A DNA stretch of 64,000 nt. It comes from Macrostomum lignano. Lineage: Eukaryota. Position numbers and translations under genes: made by a program. The DNA lies in NCBI GenBank assembly GCA_002269645.1, contig NIVC01002246.1, forward strand, positions 232,745 through 296,744, read 5' to 3'. The notes beneath the pieces were generated by a model. It was given only the letters and a program-made list of their open reading frames with translations, ran no database searches and was not told the DNA's origin. Shown one piece after another: positions 1-20,420 of the stretch; positions within the stretch are counted from its first letter, which is position 1, and the number at the start of each line of letters is the position of its first letter.

Positions 1-985
1 CCAGATAGTCCGAGTGTCTTGGAACGCACAGCGGGTTCTGAACCTGCACAAATGGCTGCTGCTGCTGCAGTTGCTGCTTCACACTCTGCTGATAGCGAGC
101 CAGGTGTGCAGCCGTGGCGGCAGCCGCGGCAGCAGCAGCCGAGGTTGCCGGCTCGTTCGACCCAGTAAAGGCCACCTCAGCCCGGACGCCTTTGTCCATG
201 GCCGACTGGCTGAGGTCCAGGCTGACGGGGTTGCTCAGCAGATGGTAGGCCGAGCCGCTGGTCCTGGAGATGTACGCCATCGCGTGAGGCCGGTGCTGCA
301 GCTGGGCTGGCAGAGCGTGAAATCCGCGGCACGTTGAGCATCCGGCTTGATGGTGGCGCCGAAGGTGCTGGGCCACTGTGGAGGCTGTGGTGGCAGCAAC
401 CGACGGTGCTGTGGTCACGGCAGAAGCAAGCACAATGGGAGTGCCGCTAACGAAGTGCACCTGCTGCTGCTGCTGCTGCTGGTGACTGCAGCTGGTGGCG
501 GACAAGTTGTTGCGGATAATTCTAACCGCGGCCACACCAGCTGGCAGGTTGCTGGCCTGCTGCATGCTGGCAGTCACCCAGGCCGTCTGGTTGTTCAGGC
601 GCTGAGCTGCGGTCGACGTTACAGTCGTCGCCGGACTCTGGCTCGCGATGACGTCAGCGCAGTTGAAGTCTGACGATGACCTTCTGACATTGGACTTCGG
701 GTCGGATTGGCTGAACGTCTTCAGGCTGCTCAACAGCACCTCCGCCTTGCGGCGCTTCCGGACAGAGGGCAGGTCCACCGCTCTGCCGCTGCTGCCGCCG
801 TCACCCTCCCCGACAACCGTTTCCGCTGGTGCCGACGACGCGACGGTCGTTGGATCGACATTCTCCACGGCCGAGATCGACAGTCGCTGATTGCTGCTCC
901 ATAGCAACTGGACGCATTCGTCATCTTCCGTAGCTGCTTCCTGCTGTTGCTGGGCCTGCAGCAGCATGCAGTGGCTGTCTTGCAT
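1..985 (-). CDS. 5' coding portion of an unidentified host gene (Q/A-rich low-complexity protein with an NLS-like RKRRK); runs off the window start
   Basis: Stop-free minus frame from ATG 985 to the window edge (MQDSHCMLLQAQQQQ...PSVRKRRKAEV...QQLQQQQPFVQVQNPLCVPRHSDYL). It is absent from the ORF track, presumably because it has no stop in the window. The + ORFs 14-337, 347-673 and 707-904 are its in-register antisense shadows. Confidence 0.65.
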   Translation of the reverse strand, partial: MQDSHCMLLQAQQQQEAATEDDECVQLLWSSNQRLSISAVENVDPTTVASSAPAETVVGEGDGGSSGRAVDLPSVRKRRKAEVLLSSLKTFSQSDPKSNVRRSSSDFNCADVIASQSPATTVTSTAAQRLNNQTAWVTASMQQASNLPAGVAAVRIIRNNLSATSCSHQQQQQQQVHFVSGTPIVLASAVTTAPSVAATTASTVAQHLRRHHQAGCSTCRGFHALPAQLQHRPHAMAYISRTSGSAYHLLSNPVSLDLSQSAMDKGVRAEVAFTGSNEPATSAAAAAAAATAAHLARYQQSVKQQLQQQQPFVQVQNPLCVPRHSDYL

Positions 986-1119
986 TACAATTAGCTCAGT
1001 GTTTAGCGAGATTTTAGTTGCAAGGAAACTGTTGCCAATTTCTAATACGGCCGTCCGGCGATACAGTCGCAAATGCTTAAATACGCGGGCCGAAACAAAC
1101 ACATTCGAGAGCTCACCTG

Positions 1120-1200
1120 ACGCAGTATTGGCTGCCTCATGCTTGAGTCACTGCACCGGTACTCTGCGCTGCTATTGGCTGAGACCCGATCCAATAGCTA
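1120..1200 (-). promoter_or_regulatory. Candidate promoter of the 1-985 gene with three CCAAT boxes
   Basis: ATTGGCTG at ~1127 and ~1174 and CCAAT at ~1191, 140-210 bp upstream of the ATG. Confidence 0.3.
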
Positions 1201-1574
1201 ATTCTCTTGATCCGCAACTCGATCTCTCCTATCGAATCGAGCAGCACGTAAATTGCTATCGTCGAGTTTTGCAGCAATTGTCTCTTTTGTCTGTCTGTCT
1301 CCGTCTCGTTTTAGGTCTCTGTCTCCAGGGGATCGAGTTATTCGAGGCACACTTAGTAGAGCGATGAGGGCTTCAAACAAACCATTTTAACTCTGCTTTC
1401 GGGACAATATAGGTTCCATCAGCTGCAGAACGCAGTGTCTATGGGTTCAACTGAACTGCCAATTTGCTGTGAAAAATCTTAATTTGAGAACAGCTAATTG
1501 AAAACATTGTTTGATACATGTACTTGGAACTGCTAATTCCAATTCCATGGATTGAGCATTCGACTGGATTGGAC

Positions 1575-2290
1575 AGACAGTTCTTGCGACGGTCCTAGGA
1601 TTAGACTACCCGTTCAAGGATAGAACTAACAGTCCATGGCTTGGAAGGACAGCCCATGGATTGGAAAGACAGCCCATGGATTGGAAAGATAGTCCTTGGA
1701 TCGAAAGACAGTCCATAGGTTAGAAAGACAGTCTATGTATTGGAAAGAATCCACACAGATCGGAAATAGTCCATGGATTATAAGGAGTCTATGGATAGGA
1801 AAGATAGTCCTTGGATCGGACATACAGTCCATTTATTAGAAAAAGAGCCATATAATTGGAAAGGTAGTCCATGTATTAGAAAAATTCCTTAGATTGGAAA
1901 GAGTCCTTGGATCGGAAGGACAGTCTATGGGTTAGAAATACAGTCTATGTATTGGAACGTGCCCTTGAGTTGGAAAGAGTCCGCACATAGATCGGAAATA
2001 GTCCATGGATTAAAAGGACAGTCCATAAATTGGAAAGATAGTGCTTGGATCGGAAGGACAGTCCATCTATTAGAAAGAGCCATATGATTAGAAAGGTGGT
2101 CCATGTATTAGAAAGTGCTTGGATCGGAAACACAGTCCATAGGTTAGAAAGACAGTCGATGTATTGGAAAGAGCCCTTGGATTGGAAAGGTAGTCCATGT
2201 TTTCAAGGAAGAAAAATTCCTTGGATTGGAGGGACAGTCCATGCATTGGAAAGAGCTGTTGGATTGGAAGGCCAGTCCTTGGATTTGGGT
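1575..2290. repeat. Degenerate 20-bp minisatellite (TTGGAAAGACAGCCCATGGA-like)
   Basis: Tandem units seen directly. Confidence 0.9.
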
Positions 2291-3038
2291 GGGCGGTTCA
2301 ATCCCAGCGCGATTATGCAGGCCGTGCAGGTGCCTCCAGCTGCCATCTCTCTGTAAGCGAATAGCTTTGCCTACCTCAAAGACGCAATGCTGCAATTCAG
2401 GCGCCACAGACAAAAGACCAGAAAATAAGAAGTCAGAAATTTAGGATTGCGCAATTTTGCCTCAATATTCGTTTTTTTTTTCACGGCAAGGCCATCTGGG
2501 AAGGGGGAGGCCCAGATGCCAAAGCAGCTGCAGCTGCAACACGGAGATAGTCAAATTACTCTCTCGCAATCTGTTGTATTTGCTTTCTGGCTTCATCTTT
2601 TAGACAAAAAAACGGCCAACATCAAGACGCCACCTGCCAGGCCGCTTGGCTTTGACCACTTATGGCGCGAGCAGAAGATTTCTTGCTTTTCCTTTCCTAC
2701 GACAAACAGAGTTGACGCAAGCAGCAGGGAGCTGGACAAATGACGATTAACTTTTTTAAAAATATAACAAACCAGTAACGGAGCGGTAACGCGCGCGCGC
2801 AAAAAGTTGTTGATTCTTTATTTTAATAATAAAAATGCAGCGACAGCGAGGACCGAGAGAGGGGCAGAAGAGAACGAGGCAATGGAGAAAAATGTTTAGC
2901 AACAATAACCGGAGACGCGTAAATGTCGGATGGGGTTGGTTTAGGAAAAATAAATGTTTATTAGTAGAAAAAGAAACACGTGCTCGGGCTTGTCAAGCGA
3001 AGCGCAATCGATGTTACTGGCCAAAAGGTCAGCAATAA

Positions 3039-11274
<8,236 letters not shown>

Positions 11275-11779
11275 TCAGGACTGCAATATTGTCAATAAAT
11301 ATTATATACTCATAGTGCTTTATGCTTTAAGTTTTATATTAATTAATAAATATTATAAATTATAAGTCTGATACTAATATTATAATTATAAATTAATTTA
11401 TAGACTATGATGAGGGTGACAATATTCTAAGGGAATATGATGAGGGTGACAATATTCTACTATTTAAACAAACTACAGCTATATATAGTTGTAGCTTAAT
11501 TGCAACTGATATAATCTAAATATACTAAATCTCTAATATTTGTTTGTATGTTTGAATGTCCATAACGCTCTAGAGACTGCAATTCTTCACCAATTTTGAT
11601 CACATTTTTGCCAAAATAAAGTTTCTAAAATTAGAAGTTTAAAACAAAGCTCTGAAGAAAATAAAATACCTATCAACCCCTTTTGAAGAGCTGAACACTA
11701 TCCTTAATTTGCCTTTGCTTCACCATTTATGAGAGCAAAGGCTATGAAGTCTGCCTCCCAACTTATCATGGAGATAAAA

Positions 11780-12140
11780 TGTTAAACAATGCACCCTCTG
11801 GCTTTATGCCAATGAAAACCTTAATCCCACATATGGACTTTGTCTGCCATGACCTCATCAACATCCACATGGACCTGGACAATGTGGATAGCTACCTCCC
11901 CACTCTCAACATCAGGAGGGGCTTCTAGGCTGCCATCCCTGGCCAAGATAGCATTTTGTTAGATGTTGATATGAACTGGCACAACCAAGGCATTCACTGC
12001 TTCACTAACAGCTTGCTGTTCAATGACCATGCTGGAGTAGGTATTACCATCTTCCATGAGGGTAAGATGCTCTTTTTAGAAAGTCTACACCTTGGTGAAA
12101 ACACCTCAGTTTTCTAAGCTAAAATTTGTGCCATCAAGCA
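11780..12140 (+). pseudogene. Decayed RNase H region of a non-LTR retrotransposon
   Basis: 11998-12140 translates [19 protein letters not shown]...[17 protein letters not shown], a degenerate YTDGS...G.G...LG...VFQAEI.AI RNase H pattern. Confidence 0.6.
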
Positions 12141-12681
12141 CCCAGCACCTACTCCAGGTCTACATTCAGGAAGGTTACATGTAAGCCACAATTTTCTGGC
12201 ATATCATTGAAAAGTTTGGCTATTTTGGCATACCACTTTGGCGTACCACTTTGAACTTGAGAAATTTTTGGCATACCAATTTTGGTGAATAAATTCATGT
12301 CGTGTATAAAAATTGTAATATAAATTAACCCTTTTTAGTTTTTACAAAAAATAAAAGAAAATTAGTATAGTCTAGAAAATAAGTGATAAACTTTTAGCTT
12401 ATTTTAAATTAACAATGAATAAAACTTGTGTAAATTATTGCTAAGAATGTAAATTTTGCATTTTTTTCTCTAGGTTTAATTTAAGTTTGTTTAAAATGAA
12501 AATATTTATAATTATTTGAAAGAATTTTCATACGAAAGCCTTTCTTAGAAAACTCTACTTGTGAAAACCGAATGACCTTTTTTAGGAGGAATTTTTGGCA
12601 TACATTTTAGGGATTTTTTTTGTTTTTGGCGTACACTGACATACATTTAGCTGAGATAGGATTCTTGTTCCGGCATACACT

Positions 12682-12979
12682 CATACATGCGCAACCTCTG
12701 AAATTCGGTCGGCCATGCGACTTAGTTTTAACAAAAATGCGACGTAGTTTTTGGCCAAAAATGCGACTTACATGTAAAAAAACCCTAAAGCAAAATTAAC
12801 GCAACTTTGGGTAAACGGCAGGAGTAACTATGACTGTCTTATTAAGCCAAAATGCCTCGTCAGCTACTTAGTACTACTACTTGATTATTTTTTCGGGTGG
12901 GCATTTTTGCGACTTCCTTGGTTGGCCGCCAAATCGGTCGGCCGGATCGGCCGACTCGGCCGACTGTTGCGCATGTATG
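12682..12979. mobile_element. hAT-type MITE (298 bp)
   Basis: Perfect 14-bp TIR CATACATGCGCAAC / GTTGCGCATGTATG; 8-bp TSD CATACACT at 12674-12681 and 12980-12987. Confidence 0.85.
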
Positions 12980-15900
12980 CATACACTACTACACAATCCG
13001 AACCGTGGCTCTAGGTGAACATTAATAACTTCAACATTCTTTTGAAGGGGTCATTTATACACCAGAATTTTCTGGCATATATACTAATGTAGGGCCTATA
13101 ACCTTCCAAAGTCTGGGTTAAGGAAACCCTTTAAAAAAACCTATCATAATTTTTAATTGTAATAAACAAAATTGCACTAACACAATCACACAATTGTTGT
13201 AGCAACAATTTAAATAATATTTTACTAGACATTAAAATAAAATTTAGCATTGAAAAAAGAAAATAAAGATATATCTATATGGTAGGCCTATAGCAATATC
13301 TCTAAATTACAAAATCACCATTTTGGCCAAAATGCCTAGGGCCTATAGCCAAACTGGTTAATGGGTGAAATGGACTATGGGCAAAATCGTCTGGGGCAAA
13401 ATTTCTATGGCCGAAACGGTTTGGGGGCGAAACAGCTGGTCCTGGAATTCTATCAAAAAAGCTTTGCCCTTGATTGGTGACCCAATTCCTAACAAAGTGG
13501 CTAGATCTTAGCATAGTCGTCTAAACTAGCCTAAGTTGGCTACGTGCAGATAAACTTTACCAATAATGCAACAAATGTTAAAAATATTGAGGAATAGAGG
13601 TTGTTGCAGTAGGGGCCTATATAAAAATCAACCCGACAATACAATATTCAATAATAGGCATAGGGGGCCTAATAATATTATTAATAGTGAAGTGAAACAG
13701 CAACAGTTTAGATAAAGTATCTCTACATTTTAGGGCTGATTCGATTCTCATAGAGCAATGCAGGAATGCAGTCAAGCAGTTACCAACTTCAAGAAATGGT
13801 GTGGAGTGGAACTCAAGTACCAGTTAGTAAAGTATCTAAACTGCGCGTCGCGCCAATTCGCTGTGCACTCCGTTTAAATATTTACACCATTGTTAACAAA
13901 GTAAATTTTTAAGCTCGTAGTTACTTGATTTTTTGATTATCGCTACAGGTTCTAAAATTATAATACTACTTTTTGGTAAATAATTAGTTTTACTTCAGAT
14001 CTTTTAAGTACATCACGTAATTTTCTAAAACAAACTTTTCTTTTTAAGCAAACGGAAGGGTTAATAAAGAAAAAATTTAAACGAAAGAAAAAGGTAGAAA
14101 AGGTTGGCCTTAAGTGAAATAGGAAAGCTAGCTGAGGGCTAACCACAAAAGTCACAAAAAACAATAAACAACCGTTTATTAAGAAAAGCTTGAAAAATCC
14201 ATGAGGTTAGAGAGAAGTCGCCTCTCTCGGTAGGGGCGGTTTTGACTGTTGCTGAGTGTACATGTAAGATCTTTGATGCAGCCTTGCTTATTGGGGTGAC
14301 TTCGCGGTTGATTTGGCTAGAGATCTGCTTGGCAGATGACTTTGGTGGGCCATGCACTTAAAGTCCAATGAAGAATTCCACTTGGCAAATCATAAGTTTG
14401 CTCTTCCCTCTCGCTGTGAGAAGAACAGCATGGATCAGTGTTCTGACAGTGTGCAACGTGATTTAGTTTGCATAATGACTCATTGAATAGTTTTGCTCTG
14501 ACATCTATTTTTGATAAGTGATTGCACAATCAGTGTTCAGTTTAACGTGCCAATTAATGTTAAGCTAACGATTGAGTAATGTACACCGTGCATTGCTTTG
14601 ACTATGAATATATTGAGCGAGACTAAAGTGTCTCCAACTGACTGAATTCAATTCAATTAACTAAAAACACAACAATCAGGCCTTGGAGTCCAAATTCCCA
14701 TTCCAAAGACCACTGTAGTCTATAGTCCTTGACTAATTCCTCTGGACTCCTGGAAGACGCGTTTCACTTTTATTGTTGTTTTCTATTCTGCTGCCAAGTA
14801 CCCTTTACGGGCCATGCAGCCCTCTTATCTCTTGCATGCCAAGGACGACTTACATGTAAGTAAAAGGACGGGAAACCTCGTTTCTTAGAAAATTTTAAAA
14901 GACAGAATTTTCCAAAGGCACAAAAATTGTTATTGCTTTGATAAGGAGGCAGATCGACACGTTCATCTTTTGATATTTTGTGCCTTTCTTATTGCTCTAT
15001 CGATATTTATAAAGCTTTTCGTTCAAAAATAGTTTTAAAGGCACGTTTCACCGGAAAACACACTACGGAAATAGGGAATTTCACGATTTTCAACACTTAA
15101 ACAGTGATTGGGTCTCCTAACAGTGTCAGAGAAAGTTCTAATCACACTATTTTGTGCCTCACATGCTGCTCTAACGACACATTAATCGATTTTTCATGTT
15201 AAATTGGTCTGTCACTTGAAAAAAACGTTTTAAATAATGACAAGACCAACTTAACATTAAAAAGCGATTAATGCGTGATCTCTCTGTCTGCATTAACAAC
15301 TATCGAACGATTGGCAACTTCAGCCATAGACAACTTTGTTGGAACCCAATTCCTTTACCGGCTTGCTTTGGCAGCTTTTGATTTGCAGCCAAAGCTTTGT
15401 GGGTGGGAGAAAAAGACTATAGTCTATGGCCCAAGGTTAGCCTACCAGTGCCAGCCCAGATCTTCAAGGCATTCGCGCTTTACGAAAGAATAGCCAAAAA
15501 GAGTAGAATGCGAGCTTCAACTAAAATAATTATATAGTGTAGTTTAATTTTGCGGGCCTGTGGGCCGTGTCAACCACATGCATACAAAGAACAAGGTAAG
15601 AGCTGCGACTACTTCTGTATTTGCCAATTTTAATGACTATATTTATACAGCTCTTTTCAATTTCTACTCGTATTGCATGTCTAGCAAGAATTAAACTCAA
15701 CAGAAACTTTCTGACTTTCTCGCAAAGTCAGTTGGATTTAGCTAGCTGTAAATATAAAAGAGTATATAGACTAACATAGGATCTGTGGTTTTAAGACGGC
15801 ATTTTGGTATTTCAAAACCAAAACTGAGCTACTTGGCTCTTGCTTAGCGCTTGCTTTATTTTTCCTAAAGTGGGCTCAAAGCATGGATGAATAAAACCAT

Positions 15901-16102
15901 GGATTGCTCGTCTGCCTTAAATTTAGGGGTGCGATTTTGCCCCGCGAAGCCCCCGTTCGCACCGATTGGCTACTGAAGATTTCTTAGTTGTCTATGGTAA
16001 AAACGTTGTAAGCTGCAGTGCTCAGAGTGTGTAGTTATAATCACAGTCAGGTGCTAAGTTTTTACGAGGGGCACCCAAAAAGTTTTTGCAACTGGTCAAC
16101 TA

Positions 16103-17687
16103 TTGGTTTTTGCGAGCTATCTCAGCCAAGGAGCAAGCAAACTCATCCATCCCATAGATTTCAATACGACGAAGGAGGTGGTTTGAACCATAGACTGTCA
16201 CGTTTTTTTCAACCAAACTCATCCAACAGGCGAGCAATCTCAGCCATAGCTTGTCTATTAAGCGAAAAATTTAATTGGTTCGTATATAAGAGACTTTATG
16301 ATAGAGCAGCACATCAGAACACAGGAAATCGACTAACGGAACAAACAAATGACTCACTAAATAAGCACTGGTTGCATCTGATGCACGGTGTCAATTTGTC
16401 AGCTAGTCTCATTAGACAAAGGGCTGCTGCTGGATGCACTGAGCATAATTTCTGCCGCAATGAATTTCCCAGCGAGCCACCTTCAGTGGTGTCACCGTGT
16501 CCAAGGCAATGCGGCCAAGTCGCTCCAACAGAATACAGCGCCACTCGGTACGGTTCATTCCATCCGGAATTCCACCAGCTTCCTCTTCCACCAGGGCAGG
16601 ATTGACCAGCTGCCATCTGATGTCAGCCTTCACCGCGCTATGCGCCATTTCTCATGGGTTTAGGAACGGCGAATAGGCAGGAAGCAGCTGCAGTGAAATC
16701 CTCGGCTGATGATTCTGTGGCACGATGACTCCACGGTGGAAGGTCGGCCCGTCACAGACAATTACAATTCTCGCATTGTTAACCTGGCCTTGGACTTGCT
16801 CCACTAGCTCGTTTACAAACTGTTGAAACCGCGGCCGCGTTTGGCCTCCTCGGAAGATCTCACTCTTGACCAAACCCAGCGCAGAGGAGACGGCAAGGCA
16901 AATGGTCAAATTCGGTCCTCTCTGAGTGGTGCAGATGCGACGCACAGGCTGACCTCTGATTGCTCGGCCTTGTGACCTCCGGCTCCACAAGTTATATCCA
17001 GTCTCATCGATGTACACCACCACGGCATCGTGTGGCAGCGTCGTCATCATCTGGGCATAGTCGCGTCGTCGGGCAAGCACTTCATCCGAGTTGGCTTGCA
17101 GGCGAATGTCCGCGTCCTTAGTCGCAATTTTGAATGTGTACTGAGAGCCCTGCAGTGCTCTGTGCACAGTCGTGGTCGACACCACGGGTTTGTTTGGCAG
17201 TCTTTCGTGCAGCTGCTGACACATGGTCTCGAGTGTTGCAAACGGATTGGCATCCACAATGCGAGTCAACTCTTGGCGCATTTCTGCGTCAATCTTGCTT
17301 GATTCCTCCCTTATTCCGCCACGTTGGAGAGCAGCAATTCTTCCAGTAGCTACGTAAGTCCGGATTATATGTCTGGACGTCTTCAGCTTTATCCCGAGAA
17401 TGCGTGAAGCAGTGCTGAAATTTTGTCCGTCATTCCATGCGTTGATTAGCTTCTCTCTGTCGGAGTTGGATGTTTGTCGCAACTGAGCCATCGGAGGAGG
17501 AGGAAAGAAAGAAGGGAAGAGGAAATGAATGGGCAGACAAGCTATGGCTGAGATTGCTCGCCCGTTGGATGAGTTTGGTTGAAAAAACGTGATAGTCTAT
17601 GGTTCAAACCACCTCCTTCGTCGTATTGAAATCTATGGGATCGATGAGTTTGCTTGCTCCTTGGCTGAGATAGCTCGCAAAAACCTA
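16103..17687 (-). mobile_element. Tc1/IS630-like transposon nested just inside the mariner TIR
   Basis: About 150-bp TIRs (16103-16256 and ~17535-17687); TA TSD at 16101-02 and 17688-89. Confidence 0.9.
16412..17491 (-). pseudogene. IS630/Tc1-family DDE transposase with one premature in-frame stop
   Basis: HTH N-terminus, YIDETG, VCDG and LPAYSPFLNP*E; ORFs 16652-17491 and 16412-16648 are in one frame separated by a single TGA. Confidence 0.88.
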
Positions 17688-17789
17688 TATTAAAAAAACA
17701 GTAACTGCAAAGAACAACTGAACATGTTACAATCCTTCAATGTAGGCTCCCCCTCTATCAATGCACTTTTGGTGCCGCCGAATCCATGC

Positions 17790-18792
17790 TTCGAATGCGC
17801 CGTGGTACTCAGAAGCAGTTATGACCTTCAGCTCTGAATTGATGCACTTAGCTAGGTCCTGACATCGGTTAAGTCAGCTTGGCGAACACCCAGAAGTCGT
17901 AGGGAGCCAAGTCAGGACTGTAGGGTGGGTGGCGGATGGTCTTGATGTTGTTGGCTGCCAGAAAGTTGGTCGTCAGGGCCGCTGTGTCACTGGACGCATT
18001 GTCATGGTGCAGGTGAACTCGCCCAGCCTTAAGCCGTGAGGGCTGAGTTGCGTGAAGTGACGCCATGACTTGTGGCAGAACCGTACCGGAGTAGAAGCTG
18101 GCGTTCACATTCTGTCCATTAGGCACCGTGATGACGGCCACGGGCCCAGATGTGCTGATGAAGATGACGAAAATCTTCCGGGACCGAAAGCTGGACCGCA
18201 GGACAGTCGGCCTCGCGTCTCCAGAGCCCACCCAGGCATTGTTCTGCATCTTCTGGGGCACTTGAAAATAAAAAAACCATTTCTCATAACCTGTAACGAC
18301 GTCAGAAAGTCTCTGGCTGCCTCCTGGACCGAAGTTGCGCAGGAATTCCTGGCTGCACCGCACCCTGTTCCTCTTCTGCTCTTTTGTCAGGAGGTGGGGT
18401 ACCCAGCGGGCGGTGACCTTGCGGAGGCCTAGGTGGCTGTGCAGGATGGTGTGCGCACTGCCATCGGAAATACCGACAGTCTCGCTAATCACAGCGACGG
18501 TAATGTTTGGATCCTCGTCCACCAGAGCCCTGACAGCAGCGATGTTGGCTTCGGTCACAGCTGTGCTGAGTCGTCCAGACCGGGGGTCGTCATTCAAGGA
18601 GGCCCGTCCGGCGTTGATGGACTCTATCCACCTGGCGACCGTACGATAGGAAGGGGCTTGGTCCCCGACTACCTGGACCAGGTCTGCATGGATTTTGACC
18701 GCGCTTTCTCCGAGTCGTGAGCGCATGAAAACGCAGAATCGCCACTGGTCTGGTTGCACTGGCTCCATTTTTTGCAGAGTGTAAAACACCAC
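17790..18792 (-). pseudogene. mariner transposase, inactive
   Basis: WVPHLL, HHDNA and HPPYSPDLAPYDF motifs with D34D spacing; the first catalytic D appears as Y (VVTGYEKW); frameshift or deletion after WVFAKLT. Confidence 0.9.
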
Positions 18793-18957
18793 CTTGCGTT
18801 GGCCACGCGCAAGTATAACACATTCGAGGGAAAAAAGTCATACTCTATGGTTAAAACCAATATATGTCTGCGATTTCGTAAAAAAATTCCGCGCTTTGTG
18901 ATATGTACTTTTGGAGATATTAGGTCAGTTGCCAAAACTTTTTGAATGCCCCTCGTA

Positions 18958-19117
18958 GTTGTAATCACAGTCACATCTGTTGCTAAGAAAGTTTTCTAGT
19001 TGTAATCACAGTCACATATGGTGCTAAGAAAGTTTTCTAGTTGTAATCACAGTCACATCTGTTGCTAAGAAAGTTTTCTAGTTGTAATCACAGTCACATA
19101 TGGTGCTAAGAAAGTTG
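18958..19117. repeat. 41-bp tandem repeat (about 4 copies) within the P-like element
   Basis: Units start at 18958, 18999, 19040 and 19081; a related partial unit lies left of the mariner at ~16030-16064. Confidence 0.9.
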
Positions 19118-19627
19118 CTAAAGCAACCAAAATAGGGAATCATGCATGAAAGAAGAAATGAAGATACAAGAAATATGGGGACGCTCACCGCATTCTTTCC
19201 CCGCCAGGAAGAAACTCCGTTGGACTGTTGATAGTCGATTTCCGACGCGAAGCAGTGGCATAGGCGGCGACAGTGTTCTCGCAGAGATACGGCGTCACAG
19301 ATGGTAATCCAATTGGCTGCCTTTGTTTTGTAGCACTGGTATGCCTGTCCTTCAGAGGCCGGGCGGAAAATTCTGTCTTGCGTTCCATTCAGGAGAAGGT
19401 GTCTCAGGCTGGTGGCTGTTTCTGTAGTGCTGCTAGGTGCCGTTAGGTCTTGCAAAGTGCACTGTTGCAGCATGATGCTCCTGGCAACTTTGCGACCGCG
19501 CCGCAATTCATTAATTATTGTTTCCATCGTCCCATTGGACACTGACACCGCGCAGGGTTTTACTACCCTTCCTGAGAGCTGTCAAATTGTCGAGTCCGTA
19601 TTTACTCAGTCAAGCAGTGGCCTGCAG

Positions 19628-20420
19628 ATGGCTGCAAGGATTAAAAGAAGCTGTTCGGCCAAATCGTGCACATCAAATTCGAAAACTTTAAACAACTTCG
19701 ATGGCCTGTCTTTATTTGCATATCCGGTCAAAGATGCACAGAGGCTGGCTATTTGGCTCGCCAACGTCGAAACAGATCGAGGATTCGCACCGACATCTAA
19801 CAAGTACCTGTGTGAGCTCTATTTCACTGAATCAGGCAGACTGCAGCAAGGCGAGTACTCTACTGAGCTGAGATTCTTTGCTTCGAAGATTTACTTTTGT
19901 TCTCATCGAGCTTACAAGGAGCTACGTCGCTACTTGTGCTTGCCTTCGACATCCAGCATTCGGCGATAGATGCAGAAATTTGACGGAGAGCCAGGAATTG
20001 CTAGAGCTGCCATCGAAAAGGTGAAAACTTTGTGTGCTTCTGACAGTGAGAATTGTAACTGGTTTCTGTGAATCATTACTAATTTTTTTTTCTGAGACAT
20101 CTGACGAGAAGCCGATATTCTCTACTCTTGTAAATGATTGTTGCAGCGCTCCAGCAAAGTTGCTTTCTTATCTTCATGGCGTCCACCAACAAGACCCCGA
20201 AGCTTGCATCTGAGGCACTACTTGTAATGGCATGCGGCCTTAAAGACTAGTGGAAGATCTCTCTCGCGTACATATACTCCGCCGCATCAACCCCAAGCCA
20301 GCAATGTCGACTACTTCGCGAGTGCATTCGAAGCCTAAATGATGTTGGTGCCGTTATCAGAGCAGTTGTGTGTGACGGATGTTCTGTCGATCTCTGCTCT
20401 CTGCGAAATTTTGGTGCTGA
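19628..20420 (+). pseudogene. THAP-domain / P-element (THAP9-like) transposase remnant
   Basis: THAP (CSAKSC...FAYP...W...LCELYF), then ELRFFASKIYFCSHRAYKELRRYLCLPSTSSIRR*, then LASEALLVMACGLKD*WKISLAY...CIRSLNDVGAVIRAVVCDG; stops and deletions present. Confidence 0.8.

Larger units (their letters stand above)
16065..18955 (-). mobile_element. mariner (DD34D) transposon inserted in the P-like element
   Basis: TIRs CGAGGGGCA(CC/TT)CAAAAAGTTTT(T/G)GCAACTG; TA TSD at 16063-64 and 18956-57. Confidence 0.9.

Noticed and set aside
14-904. Plus-strand ORFs 14-337, 347-673 and 707-904
   Set aside because: In-register antisense shadows of the minus-strand ORF.
13043-13065. AGGGGTCATTTATACACCAG as the missing left TIR of Harbinger-1
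   Set aside because: Only a loose gapped match to the 42170-42189 end and no TSD support; linkage of the 22657 Myb ORF to Harbinger-1 remains unproven.
14139-14529. Small minus-strand ORFs as an upstream PRMT1 exon or transposase
   Set aside because: No recognisable motif and no convincing splice connection.
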